Of a stretch of 64,000 nucleotides of DNA, positions 36,822 through 45,580 are shown piece after piece. This DNA comes from a virus. The stretch is from positions 32,001 to 96,000 of the IMG/VR virus record IMGVR_UViG_3300017917_001562; one strand, written 5' to 3'. Within the stretch, counting starts at the first letter, position 1. Each line of letters begins with the position of its first letter. A program made the position numbers and the translations under genes. The notes beneath the pieces were generated by a model. The model was not told the origin of the DNA and searched no databases. It saw nothing but the letters and a program-made list of their open reading frames with translations.

Positions 36822-37283
36822 TTATTTGTTATTTTCTAAGACTCTTTGAGTAAGGTATTGTTCGTGTTGCACCCAACCTTTGCGTGTAGCAAAACCCCAA
36901 TCTCGTTGTTGAGGACCAGGCATGAACAAGGTCCAACATTCGATACCGGGGTCTAATTCAATTCTATGAAAACTTTTGGAATTAGAGATTCTAAAGTGAC
37001 CGGGACCACGCCACTTTTGCATCTCGCCGATCTTTTTACCTCTAAAGTCAAACATAGGCACCCATTCCCAATAACCACCTTTGAGAATTACAGTAGCATA
37101 AGGCCAAGGATGATCGTGTAAGTCGTCTGGATCACTTTTTAAAAACTTGTGTAGAAACACATTAAAGGGAAAGTGTTTGCGATCTTTGAGAAAAAGATAA
37201 TATCGTTCCAAATAAGGTTCATTGTTGACCCTATCCATAACAATGCGTTTACGGCCCAGGCGTTCCAAAAGTTTTAAAAACAT
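36822..37283 (-). CDS. Cupin-fold protein
   Basis: LHDHPW...ILKGGYWE...FHRIEL...WTLF. Confidence 0.7.
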   Translation of the reverse strand: MFLKLLERLGRKRIVMDRVNNEPYLERYYLFLKDRKHFPFNVFLHKFLKSDPDDLHDHPWPYATVILKGGYWEWVPMFDFRGKKIGEMQKWRGPGHFRISNSKSFHRIELDPGIECWTLFMPGPQQRDWGFATRKGWVQHEQYLTQRVLENNK

Positions 37284-37302
37284 ATTTTTCTCCTTATAGC
37301 CA

Positions 37303-37331
37303 ATTATACTATAATGTAGAATTATAGTCAA
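37303..37331 (-). promoter_or_regulatory. Sigma70-type promoter with AATTC spacer motif
   Basis: TTGACT-ataattctacattatag-TATAAT. Confidence 0.65.
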
Positions 37332-37618
37332 TGACGCAGTAGTTCCATAGCCACAATTTGGCCTACTCGTTCAGCAACATCGTCACCATCGGGAATAAGG
37401 TAAGTGTTATAAAGATGGTGATCAGTTTTGTTATTGTATGTTCTAGTTTGGAGAATTGCGCCACCATGTGCCGCCATCATGGTAAACCTAATACCTTCGA
37501 TATCAACAGAATCTGATTCACGAACGGTGCCGCCAATTGCGCTAGCCTTTGTAATGTTATTTGCATTTGCCCAATCTTCTCTAACCCATTTTACTACCAA
37601 TTTTTTAAACCAATTCAT
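37328..37618 (-). CDS. Hypothetical protein
   Basis: 96-aa ORF. Confidence 0.65.
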   Translation of the reverse strand: MNWFKKLVVKWVREDWANANNITKASAIGGTVRESDSVDIEGIRFTMMAAHGGAILQTRTYNNKTDHHLYNTYLIPDGDDVAERVGQIVAMELLRH

Positions 37619-37821
37619 GATTGTTCTCCCAAATATTTCATAGCTTTGTCTGTGGCTTCTTCCAAAGTTACTGCGTGAATTTTTAATGTAATTTTATCGC
37701 CATTGATAACGGTATCATAGGGTACTGCTCCACGAAACTCAAATGTTTCGGGTAAGTCTGTAGTCACAGAAAACTCCTGCAAGTTTTTGATTCTATCTAT
37801 AATGTCTTTTACTTGTGTCAT
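37615..37821 (-). CDS. Hypothetical protein
   Basis: 68-aa coupled ORF. Confidence 0.6.
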   Translation of the reverse strand: MTQVKDIIDRIKNLQEFSVTTDLPETFEFRGAVPYDTVINGDKITLKIHAVTLEEATDKAMKYLGEQS

Positions 37822-38537
37822 CTTGGGGCAAACTCCTGTTGTAGTTTAATATTGTCCATAAACTCTTTTTTAGTGCCTTGATCTTCTTTAAAAGCACCTT
37901 TAAGCACTGTGGTTTGAGTCAACGAACTATGCGCCATAATGCCTCTGTTTTCGCAGCAGCCATGCGTGGCCTGTATGTAAACACCAACATCCTTACTGCC
38001 TGTTGCTGACATAATTTCCCTAGCAATGTCCATAGCCAATTCTTCTTGCAGTGTTCCTCTACGAGCACACCACTGTGCAATTCTAGTATACTTGCTGAGT
38101 CCAATTAATTTGTTAGCAGCCAAAATACCAATATAAGCAACACCTGTTACTGGTTGGTGATGATGACTGCACATGCTTTTGAGTTCACTGCGTACTACCA
38201 ACATACCATCATAGGGTTCATCGGTTTCATTGGGAAATGAAGTAGCATCCGGCTTTGCTTCATATCTACCTGCCATGATCTCATTGTAATACATTTTAGC
38301 CAATCGTCTAGCAGTGCCATGACTGTTGGGATCAGTTTCGCGATCAATAAGTAGTGCATCTAGTACTTGTTCAAATGCTGATGTTGCTTCGTTGATTAGA
38401 TTGTCTTTTTCAACATCGCTAATGTATTCGCTAATGTTATCACCTGCCCAAAAGCGTTTATTGCCTTGTCTAAGTCTTTCCCTGATAACTTGATTCAAGG
38501 GTCGACCATCTTCTTCCCTGTAATGTAGTTGTGTCAT
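37818..38537 (-). CDS. folE: GTP cyclohydrolase I
   Basis: SMCSHH, GLSK--R, LQE and HGC---RG motifs. Confidence 0.93.
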   Translation of the reverse strand: MTQLHYREEDGRPLNQVIRERLRQGNKRFWAGDNISEYISDVEKDNLINEATSAFEQVLDALLIDRETDPNSHGTARRLAKMYYNEIMAGRYEAKPDATSFPNETDEPYDGMLVVRSELKSMCSHHHQPVTGVAYIGILAANKLIGLSKYTRIAQWCARRGTLQEELAMDIAREIMSATGSKDVGVYIQATHGCCENRGIMAHSSLTQTTVLKGAFKEDQGTKKEFMDNIKLQQEFAPR

Positions 38538-38553
38538 ATATTCTCCTGCCTAA

Positions 38554-38582
38554 ATTATAAGATTATTTAGGTCTTGTGTCAA
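38554..38582 (-). promoter_or_regulatory. Sigma70 promoter with embedded CTAAATA late motif
   Basis: TTGACA-caagacctaaataatct-TATAAT. Confidence 0.65.
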
Positions 38583-39190
38583 TGGATAATTGTAATTTTT
38601 CTTAAGTCTGGATATTCTACATATACAGGCTCAGTGCTTTGATATTTGGCCAACAATTCGATTCCTCGTTCAGCTTCTTCTATGGTAGGTCTATAATGAT
38701 AACCAATTCGGAATGTTTGCTGTTGTGGCCAGGGTGTAATGTTTAAATCTCTTCCATCGTAACGCATTTGTCTTAAATGATCGTATTCTTCTACATCATC
38801 TAATAAAATAGCACCACCACGACCAATGTTTAGAGGCTTACCGTGTCCGAAACTCAAACACATTAACGAACCTGGCCTATACATATCTTGCTCCAGTCGT
38901 CTAGCAGTATCTAAAATTCTAGTGCCATAAAAGTAGTATTCGCCCTTCCAAGTTTGTTGCCTTTCTTCCACAAACTGATATTCAATACCAAGTTTGTGCA
39001 TGGTCATAGGAATACTTAGATAAGTGTAGGGAGTAAATCTACATTCTTTAACTTGATCATAGCGTAAGCAAAGCTCAATGGCATGGGTACAACAGTCAGT
39101 CATTACCGCATATGGTGCGCCTGTAAATTTAGCTAACTGTTGTTCGAACTCAGCAATTTTATCGAATGTTGTCAAGCAATCGTCCTGCAC
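38579..39190 (-). CDS. Short DegT-type PLP-dependent aminotransferase
   Basis: FEQQLA, DCCTHAI, SFGHGKPL-IGRGG; exact start uncertain. Confidence 0.75.
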   Translation of the reverse strand: MQDDCLTTFDKIAEFEQQLAKFTGAPYAVMTDCCTHAIELCLRYDQVKECRFTPYTYLSIPMTMHKLGIEYQFVEERQQTWKGEYYFYGTRILDTARRLEQDMYRPGSLMCLSFGHGKPLNIGRGGAILLDDVEEYDHLRQMRYDGRDLNITPWPQQQTFRIGYHYRPTIEEAERGIELLAKYQSTEPVYVEYPDLRKITIIH

Positions 39191-40223
39191 TAAAAAAGTT
39201 GTCAGTTAAGTCCTGAGTAAGTTTGGCTACCTTGGGCAACAACTGTTTATAGTTGGTCATAGTGTGCCTAATCAAATCCATTAGTTTAGATTTGTTTGCT
39301 ATGTATGTAGGATAGTCTTTGGTCCAATCGCTGGGATATTTGAATTCGCTGTCATACATTTCTGTATAACTTAGTCTGTCGGGTACCAAAGGAACTGCAT
39401 CAACAATAGCACCTTCATAACAACCAATGCCCAGTGTTTCCTGCAAACTACAACTAAACACAATTTTTGCTTGTCCAAGAATATTATGATATTCTGTTTT
39501 GGTCAGTGTTTGATCCTGACAAACAATAAACTCATATTGTGGCATACTAGCTGCCAAGTCTCTAAAAATTTCAACTTGTTTTTCAGGAGCAATACGATGC
39601 GGAAATACAATTAAATCACGCTTGGCCATACCAACAAACGGAGCTAATGTATTTTGCATATACTCCATTGGCCAACCACTGCGTATAACTTTTTCTTTGT
39701 TATAAGAACGGTCTCCGAATGGAAGCAATAAGTTTTCACAAAACATGTCTATATGAAACTCTGTAGCAAAGTAGTTATAATCAATAGCTTCGTAGAAACT
39801 CTTTTCGGCATGTCTAACCCAAGGAGCATCTCCGATTAAACGACCTAAAAAGTCTTGTGGATCATAACTGCCGGCGTGCCATAATGCGTGAATCTTAACT
39901 TTAATATCAAGAAGCTCGCTCATGTATTTTAAGTTTATGATGCCAGGATGCCAAGCATCAGTAAAAAGAAAATGATCGCCAGGCCTAACTGCTCCGGAGC
40001 AAAATAAACGGCCCATTCCTTCAACTTGACTAGACTTATAGATATTAGTCCCACCAAAATTAAGAAAAGCGCCAGGAGTGGTTGAATCAGGAATGTCCTT
40101 AGGACCAGATAAAATTTGAACATGGTGCCCTGCCTTTCTTAGTAATTCAGGTACATGGGTTTTCCACTGCGCCGTATAGCGAGTTTCAACCGGTTCGAGA
40201 TCAACTAAAAATACATTAGCCAT
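39159..40223 (-). CDS. GT-B glycosyltransferase
   Basis: FPHRIAPEK and SLQETLGI--YEG motifs. Confidence 0.75.
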   Translation of the reverse strand: MANVFLVDLEPVETRYTAQWKTHVPELLRKAGHHVQILSGPKDIPDSTTPGAFLNFGGTNIYKSSQVEGMGRLFCSGAVRPGDHFLFTDAWHPGIINLKYMSELLDIKVKIHALWHAGSYDPQDFLGRLIGDAPWVRHAEKSFYEAIDYNYFATEFHIDMFCENLLLPFGDRSYNKEKVIRSGWPMEYMQNTLAPFVGMAKRDLIVFPHRIAPEKQVEIFRDLAASMPQYEFIVCQDQTLTKTEYHNILGQAKIVFSCSLQETLGIGCYEGAIVDAVPLVPDRLSYTEMYDSEFKYPSDWTKDYPTYIANKSKLMDLIRHTMTNYKQLLPKVAKLTQDLTDNFFSAGRLLDNIR

Positions 40224-40411
40224 TATTGTTTTTCTGCACGACGGCGATCGCGCTCAAATCTACGATATTGATCACTGCGATACAGATCCCGTTCATTATA
40301 TTTCAAACCATTGAATCTGCAATAATCCTTATATCCTTCTAGATCTTCAAAGATCTGTGTAACTTCAGGAGTCATGCGTAGATATTTTTCAATGTATTTA
40401 GGCTGTGCCAT
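40223..40411 (-). CDS. Hypothetical protein
   Basis: 62-aa ORF with AAGGA RBS. Confidence 0.6.
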   Translation of the reverse strand: MAQPKYIEKYLRMTPEVTQIFEDLEGYKDYCRFNGLKYNERDLYRSDQYRRFERDRRRAEKQ

Positions 40412-40449
40412 TGTTTTTCCTTTAAAGTAAAGTAATTATAAAAAGAATT

Positions 40450-41361
40450 TTAAAAAGAGTCAAGGTTAAAGTCTGCCAAATGTTTGACTACATTTTCATA
40501 TGCTAACTCTGAATTAAATTTAATAGATGAGTTTTCAAAAAAAAGTTTTGATTCAAAGTAATTTGGTATAATTTTAACTTTATCATATTGTAGTTTTTGT
40601 TGATTAGAACTAAATTGTTTCGTGATATATTCTGTAGTAGTGTGAAAAGTTGGAATCTTTAATATATATTTAGAAAACATAGCAGAATCTAAAGTTATTT
40701 TAATTTGATTTGCCCAACTATTAATTATCCAACTTTTGTCTATAGGTTCTACAATTTTTTCAAACACAACAGGTTTTTGGTCTGCATATTGATGGGAATA
40801 TTTATAGTTAGTGCATACAGCAATCCAATTGCTGGTTAAACACTCCCATTGATTTTCTCGCCACAATAAAATATTTTTTGTTGATGTCAAAAAGTCACTA
40901 TCTAATGTTTTAGATGATTCTTTCGCATCAATATTTTTTTGTCTAAGAACTTGTTGAAGATGTGTGTTGGCAGTTCTTCCTGTAGTTATAATAATAGTCT
41001 GATGTTGTTTTGTATCAAATTCTGTTAGGTCTGAAATTATTTCGTCAGACCAACTTAAGTTATGCAATACTGTTTGATTCAACCATTGTTCTTTTGATGT
41101 TTTAACAACTTCAGGCATTAAATTGTTTAAGTCATCTTCGTAAGTAGATATATGGCGGATAATTTTAATATTATGGTTTCTTGCTTTTAGTAACAACTCG
41201 TCGGATGCATCTGCATGACAAATTTCCCACAAGCAACCTGTGTTAGGAGGAGTATTGCCCGCCAATATCCAATTTTCAGAAAATTTCAAATTCGGAAACT
41301 TTTCAATATAGTTTGCAACTATTTGTTTGTTTCCGTTATGAAATAAACAAATGCTTTGCAT
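40450..41361 (-). CDS. AT-rich hypothetical protein, possibly sulfotransferase-like
   Basis: IIITTGRTANTHL resembles a PAPS-binding loop; L-RE motif. Confidence 0.5.
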   Translation of the reverse strand: MQSICLFHNGNKQIVANYIEKFPNLKFSENWILAGNTPPNTGCLWEICHADASDELLLKARNHNIKIIRHISTYEDDLNNLMPEVVKTSKEQWLNQTVLHNLSWSDEIISDLTEFDTKQHQTIIITTGRTANTHLQQVLRQKNIDAKESSKTLDSDFLTSTKNILLWRENQWECLTSNWIAVCTNYKYSHQYADQKPVVFEKIVEPIDKSWIINSWANQIKITLDSAMFSKYILKIPTFHTTTEYITKQFSSNQQKLQYDKVKIIPNYFESKLFFENSSIKFNSELAYENVVKHLADFNLDSF

Positions 41362-41813
41362 TAAACTTTGACAGTTAAATTAGCTCGGTGAGTTTCATAT
41401 TTTATCAGTGCGCCGTTCTCACCATCTTCGGCTACTTCAATCCATACAGCTCTGTCAGGATATCTTTGTGCAATTTGATCATACAGATCATCAGCAATCA
41501 TTTCACAGCTCTTATAGTCCAAACTCAGAGTGGAATCGCGATACAGATTCTCCAGCCATCTTTTGAATTGGATGAATTCGATGTCCCTGTCGTTATGCCA
41601 CACATCGATCCACACCCTGAAATGGAAAATGTGACGATGAGGAACACCAAGAAACGAAACATCATATTCATCACCAGTAGCTAGTGCAGGGTCTGTGGCC
41701 GCTGCCGGGTATTTATGAATACCTTCCTTGCGAAAAGTTACCCAGATTTTTCGTTCAGCCTGATCTTTAATTCGTTGCCTTTGTTCTTGTAGTGCTTGTT
41801 GTCTTTGTTCCAT
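41361..41813 (-). CDS. QueD-paralogous T-fold protein, DpdL-like (putative CDG decarboxylase)
   Basis: LGVPHRHIF (LxxxHRHxF), SCEMIA and EDGENG motifs. Confidence 0.65.
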   Translation of the reverse strand: MEQRQQALQEQRQRIKDQAERKIWVTFRKEGIHKYPAAATDPALATGDEYDVSFLGVPHRHIFHFRVWIDVWHNDRDIEFIQFKRWLENLYRDSTLSLDYKSCEMIADDLYDQIAQRYPDRAVWIEVAEDGENGALIKYETHRANLTVKV

Positions 41814-41824
41814 GTTAATTCCTA

Positions 41825-42364
41825 TTATAAAGGTTGATCATTTTTGTACTGTGACCAGTCTGTAAATTTACTACGATCCATTAGTGTATGCAAACTGTGC
41901 GACCATACACCTGGGTTAGTTGCTTTAAAATCTTTGTCATCTATTTTAAGCATTGTATTATAATTCCAAAGTTTTACATAAGGAATTGGCACTCTAATTT
42001 GCGGAATAAAATTATTATATTCGCAAAGACCACTTTCGTGAAATTCTTCAACTTGATTAATAGGAATATCAAGACTACACAGATAATCTTTATCAAGGAA
42101 AAATCGAATCATAGTCTCCCAATCATTGTGCTCTTTAGGAATACTAGGGTTATAACTATGATTAGCACCAAAGAAAATATGCTTAAAATGTTTTTTGATG
42201 TCGTTGTAAGCATTTTGATCGACAAGGATACTGTTAATTATATTAGTCGACTGAACTCCTACTACAAAGAGTGTGTTCATCCCATAAGCAGGAGTATGCT
42301 CTACTTCTCGACCAGTGAAGAAAACTGCACGGTCTGATGTACCAGATATATAATCTCTTTTCAT
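41825..42364 (-). CDS. Hypothetical protein within the deazaguanine locus
   Basis: 179-aa ORF. Confidence 0.7.
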   Translation of the reverse strand: MKRDYISGTSDRAVFFTGREVEHTPAYGMNTLFVVGVQSTNIINSILVDQNAYNDIKKHFKHIFFGANHSYNPSIPKEHNDWETMIRFFLDKDYLCSLDIPINQVEEFHESGLCEYNNFIPQIRVPIPYVKLWNYNTMLKIDDKDFKATNPGVWSHSLHTLMDRSKFTDWSQYKNDQPL

Positions 42365-42687
42365 TCAGATTCTTTCGTTTTAAGAAAGCTAATTATTAGC
42401 CATGCAACTAATCCAATATAGGGAAAAAGTGTTGTCGCCGTCCATGCAGTATTAATGCCAGCATCTCTGCATCGTTTTATAACTGACATTAAGTTACCCC
42501 AAAACATTAGCACAAACCCTACACCCATAATAAACAATGTTTTAGGACTGCCTTCTCCAGCAGTGCCTGCAAAAAATAGTGACACTGCAAATATAGCAAA
42601 AAATCCAATCAACAACATTAACTGCGTATGCCAAAACTCTTTGATTGACAGTTTGCCCTTGGGTAAAAAAATATTTAGATAATTCAT
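42361..42687 (-). CDS. DUF805-like membrane protein
   Basis: G-LS-KEFW...VIKRCRDAG. Confidence 0.7.
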   Translation of the reverse strand: MNYLNIFLPKGKLSIKEFWHTQLMLLIGFFAIFAVSLFFAGTAGEGSPKTLFIMGVGFVLMFWGNLMSVIKRCRDAGINTAWTATTLFPYIGLVAWLIISFLKTKESE

Positions 42688-42968
42688 TTGTCCAGCTTGG
42701 GTTCGATTTTAGGTGGAGGATCTTCGCGATCTCTAATCGCCATCATTTTTTGATATTCAGCAAATTCTTCTTCAGTCATAAAACGCCTAGGTTTTTTATC
42801 GTCATAGGCTTCTTTGATAACATTAGGAGCCCAATATCCGATATTAACGGGTCGCCAATACTTGTAAAAAATGTAGTTCAAGAATACTAATAGTACACCA
42901 ATTACAGCCAAAGCCAAACTGATTAAAATTGAACCAATAAAAAAGGTTGCATAGCCTTCTAAGGTCAT
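42684..42968 (-). CDS. Small membrane protein
   Basis: N-terminal TM helix; TTGACT-17-TATAAT upstream at 42993-43021. Confidence 0.65.
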   Translation of the reverse strand: MTLEGYATFFIGSILISLALAVIGVLLVFLNYIFYKYWRPVNIGYWAPNVIKEAYDDKKPRRFMTEEEFAEYQKMMAIRDREDPPPKIEPKLDK

Positions 42969-43001
42969 AGTGTCTTTCGTTTGTTATGTGTTATTATATT
43001 A

Positions 43002-43211
43002 TCAGTGATCGTCAAAGTCAACTACTTCGTGATCATGTTGCCACTGCAATCGTTCCAAACGACGAATTTCGTCTTTAAATTGGAGCTTTTGCTTTTTCCA
43101 TTCTACCACTTGCGTATGTTCTGCGCCGGGGTGTTGCTTTTCGTGATTGGCAATTTTCTCATCCAAAACGCGATGCATTTCTTTCAAATGTTTGATTCTA
43201 TTTTCATACAT
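43002..43211 (-). CDS. DUF465/YdcH-like coiled-coil protein
   Basis: H--LD-KI...KK-KL--KDEI pattern. Confidence 0.65.
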   Translation of the reverse strand: MYENRIKHLKEMHRVLDEKIANHEKQHPGAEHTQVVEWKKQKLQFKDEIRRLERLQWQHDHEVVDFDDH

Positions 43212-44784
43212 TTTGTGCCTCCAGTTCATCTAGTTTTGCTTCATTTAGACCTGAATCGTCTATATGATGCTCTTCAGTTTCTTCAACTTCAAACAATGTG
43301 TTAAACATGGTGTTGGCGTTAACAGTTTTCTTACCTGTATAACCGCGAGTACCAACAATACTTAGCCAATATCTGTTGTAATGTTCTACTAGCTGTTCTG
43401 CCTTGCCCCTATCCGAAGTAGCAAAAATGTCGTTAACAATATCTCTAAAGTATGTGCGGTCATACAGTCTAGTATTACGGCGATCTGTACTGGTAGCTAC
43501 TAACATATCTGGATATAGACCAGCATCACACTGTCTATTAGCTTCTTGAACTGCATGAATGTGTGTCCATACATTATGACCCATTTGTAGCGTATAGCTA
43601 AAACTGTCCCACGAAGTTTTGCCTTCTTTACCTATTTTATTTAGGTCGCCGGGCTTGTAGTAACAAACATCGTTGATTTTTAAACGCTCACTGACGGGAC
43701 TTTCTAAGAAACTGTCAAAGATTTTATCCTGCAGAACAGCGTCCCTAAATGGCCTGGTATCTGTAGAATACTTCTTGTTATCAACACTGGGTTGCATTTG
43801 ATAACTCCACTTGGCACGATCTGGAGTAACTACATCATAGTAGATTTGTCCGTTGGCAGTTGCTAGGAAAGGACTGGCACAATCAAAACTGATAGTAAAG
43901 TTTTCGTTATGATATCTACGAACTGCTCGTTGGATGTCTGTTAATAACAATGCCCATTCTAGTTTACTGGTACCAAGAAAATGCATCCAATCATGTAGCC
44001 CTGGTTCTAATAATCCGTCGAACCTTAAGGCCACAATTCTTTTTAAGGTTAAATGTACATCACACATGTTCTGGCCGCCCATAGCCCAACCATTAAAGTG
44101 ATCGTTGGGATATTGTTTTGGGTCACAGTATTTTTTCATTTGATCATACCAAATGTCTGCTTCAGTATGATTTTCACCTTGTAAAACATTTAAGAATTTA
44201 CACTTACCTGTACGATTACGCATAAAGTAATCGTTGTTAATATAAGTGCCTTCTACTGCTTCTGCAAAAGTGGTAATACCAGTGGCTTTTTGTCCTGCGG
44301 CACTACGAGCAACCCACGCAGGAATATCAAGAATCATGCCCCGATCCATGTAAGCATCCATCCACTTAAGAACTTGCTCACGCTTCTTTTGTGCTTTGGG
44401 ACAATTGGGATCTTTCCAATTACCTTCCCATACACCCTTACCAATTTGGAATCCGCCACTATCTCCTAATACAAAACTATTTGGATCACGATTACGAACC
44501 ATGTCCTCTTTGGCGTCAAACTTGTTTGTATCTAAGTTAGCATGGCCAGCACTGTACAGTGCCCACTTATATGGAAAGTACGCTTCGTTAGGATTAAGCC
44601 AGTTAAGGCCTTCCATGCCACGATCAAACAGTTTAGGCATACGATTTGCATCAATATAGCTTGGATCGTGTCGTTGCTTGCCTACATAGGTAGCATAGAA
44701 ACCACTGAGTGCCGGCAAAAAGACTGCCCATTGACTTTGCCCGTCTTTACCGAGTTGTTTCTCTGTCAGATTATCTCTTTTCAT
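43204..44784 (-). CDS. TGT-fold DNA-guanine transglycosylase (DpdA/DpdA2-like)
   Basis: DSGGFQ, ILDIP, VLQG, GWAMGG, HFLG, SFD and HN motifs; que gene context. Confidence 0.8.
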   Translation of the reverse strand: MKRDNLTEKQLGKDGQSQWAVFLPALSGFYATYVGKQRHDPSYIDANRMPKLFDRGMEGLNWLNPNEAYFPYKWALYSAGHANLDTNKFDAKEDMVRNRDPNSFVLGDSGGFQIGKGVWEGNWKDPNCPKAQKKREQVLKWMDAYMDRGMILDIPAWVARSAAGQKATGITTFAEAVEGTYINNDYFMRNRTGKCKFLNVLQGENHTEADIWYDQMKKYCDPKQYPNDHFNGWAMGGQNMCDVHLTLKRIVALRFDGLLEPGLHDWMHFLGTSKLEWALLLTDIQRAVRRYHNENFTISFDCASPFLATANGQIYYDVVTPDRAKWSYQMQPSVDNKKYSTDTRPFRDAVLQDKIFDSFLESPVSERLKINDVCYYKPGDLNKIGKEGKTSWDSFSYTLQMGHNVWTHIHAVQEANRQCDAGLYPDMLVATSTDRRNTRLYDRTYFRDIVNDIFATSDRGKAEQLVEHYNRYWLSIVGTRGYTGKKTVNANTMFNTLFEVEETEEHHIDDSGLNEAKLDELEAQNV

Positions 44785-44799
44785 TGCGTTATCTACATA

Positions 44800-45531
44800 T
44801 TACTTAGTCTGTGCTGGAAGAATATAGTTGTATTCGGCAATGCCACTGTCTACGGTAATCATTGCTGCACCTTCATCACTGATTTTAAATGTCTTGTCTC
44901 CAGGCAAGCTCAAAATGCTGATAACTACACCAACAGGCCAAGCCCAAGATTTAGTTAGTTTACCACTTACACCTTGTGCAAACACAAAATTACCTGCGTG
45001 ACTGCTATGGTCACCAAAGTAAAACTTCAAATCGCCATTTTCAGTTTTGGCAATAAAGTTATTTTCTTCACTGTTGGCACTGGCCTGAAACTTCAAACGC
45101 TGAATGTTTGCGGCCGCTGGAACAATGTCCACATTCCAGTTAACTGCTTTCATTTTAACAGTCTTAAGTTTGTCATTGACAATTTCAGCGGCCATAAAAC
45201 GATAGTCGTTTTTAAAGTCGCCGGCTTTGTTTTCAAAGTGTACTCCTACTGGTACAGACTCGCCTTCTTTGTCTTGACGATTAACGGTAATAGCTGCTTC
45301 TTCTTTGTATTCGGGAATATTAAGAATGGTATTGAGTTTGCCCAAGTTAGGCATACCAAAAGTGCCTACAAATTCTCCTACAGTGCCTTTGAATTTAGCC
45401 TGTAGAATAACACTGCGGTCTTCAGCAATTGCTTCAAGTTTAGTTTCTGTGTCACTGCCTACAATTTTTACTAGGTCAATAACGCCTAAGCCATGAGTAT
45501 GTTGTACGATGTCTAATAGATGGTCTTTCAT
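44800..45531 (-). CDS. DNA polymerase sliding clamp (gp45-like)
   Basis: 243 aa; FGMPNL-KL, YRFM, ISDEGA--I, YNYILPA; near the polymerase gene. Confidence 0.7.
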   Translation of the reverse strand: MKDHLLDIVQHTHGLGVIDLVKIVGSDTETKLEAIAEDRSVILQAKFKGTVGEFVGTFGMPNLGKLNTILNIPEYKEEAAITVNRQDKEGESVPVGVHFENKAGDFKNDYRFMAAEIVNDKLKTVKMKAVNWNVDIVPAAANIQRLKFQASANSEENNFIAKTENGDLKFYFGDHSSHAGNFVFAQGVSGKLTKSWAWPVGVVISILSLPGDKTFKISDEGAAMITVDSGIAEYNYILPAQTK

Positions 45532-45551
45532 ATTTTCTCCAATGATTGTTA

Positions 45552-45580
45552 ATTTTATATGGTTTATTTAGGTTTGTCAA
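45552..45580 (-). promoter_or_regulatory. Sigma70 promoter with embedded CTAAATA late motif
   Basis: TTGACA-aacctaaataaaccata-TAAAAT. Confidence 0.6.
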
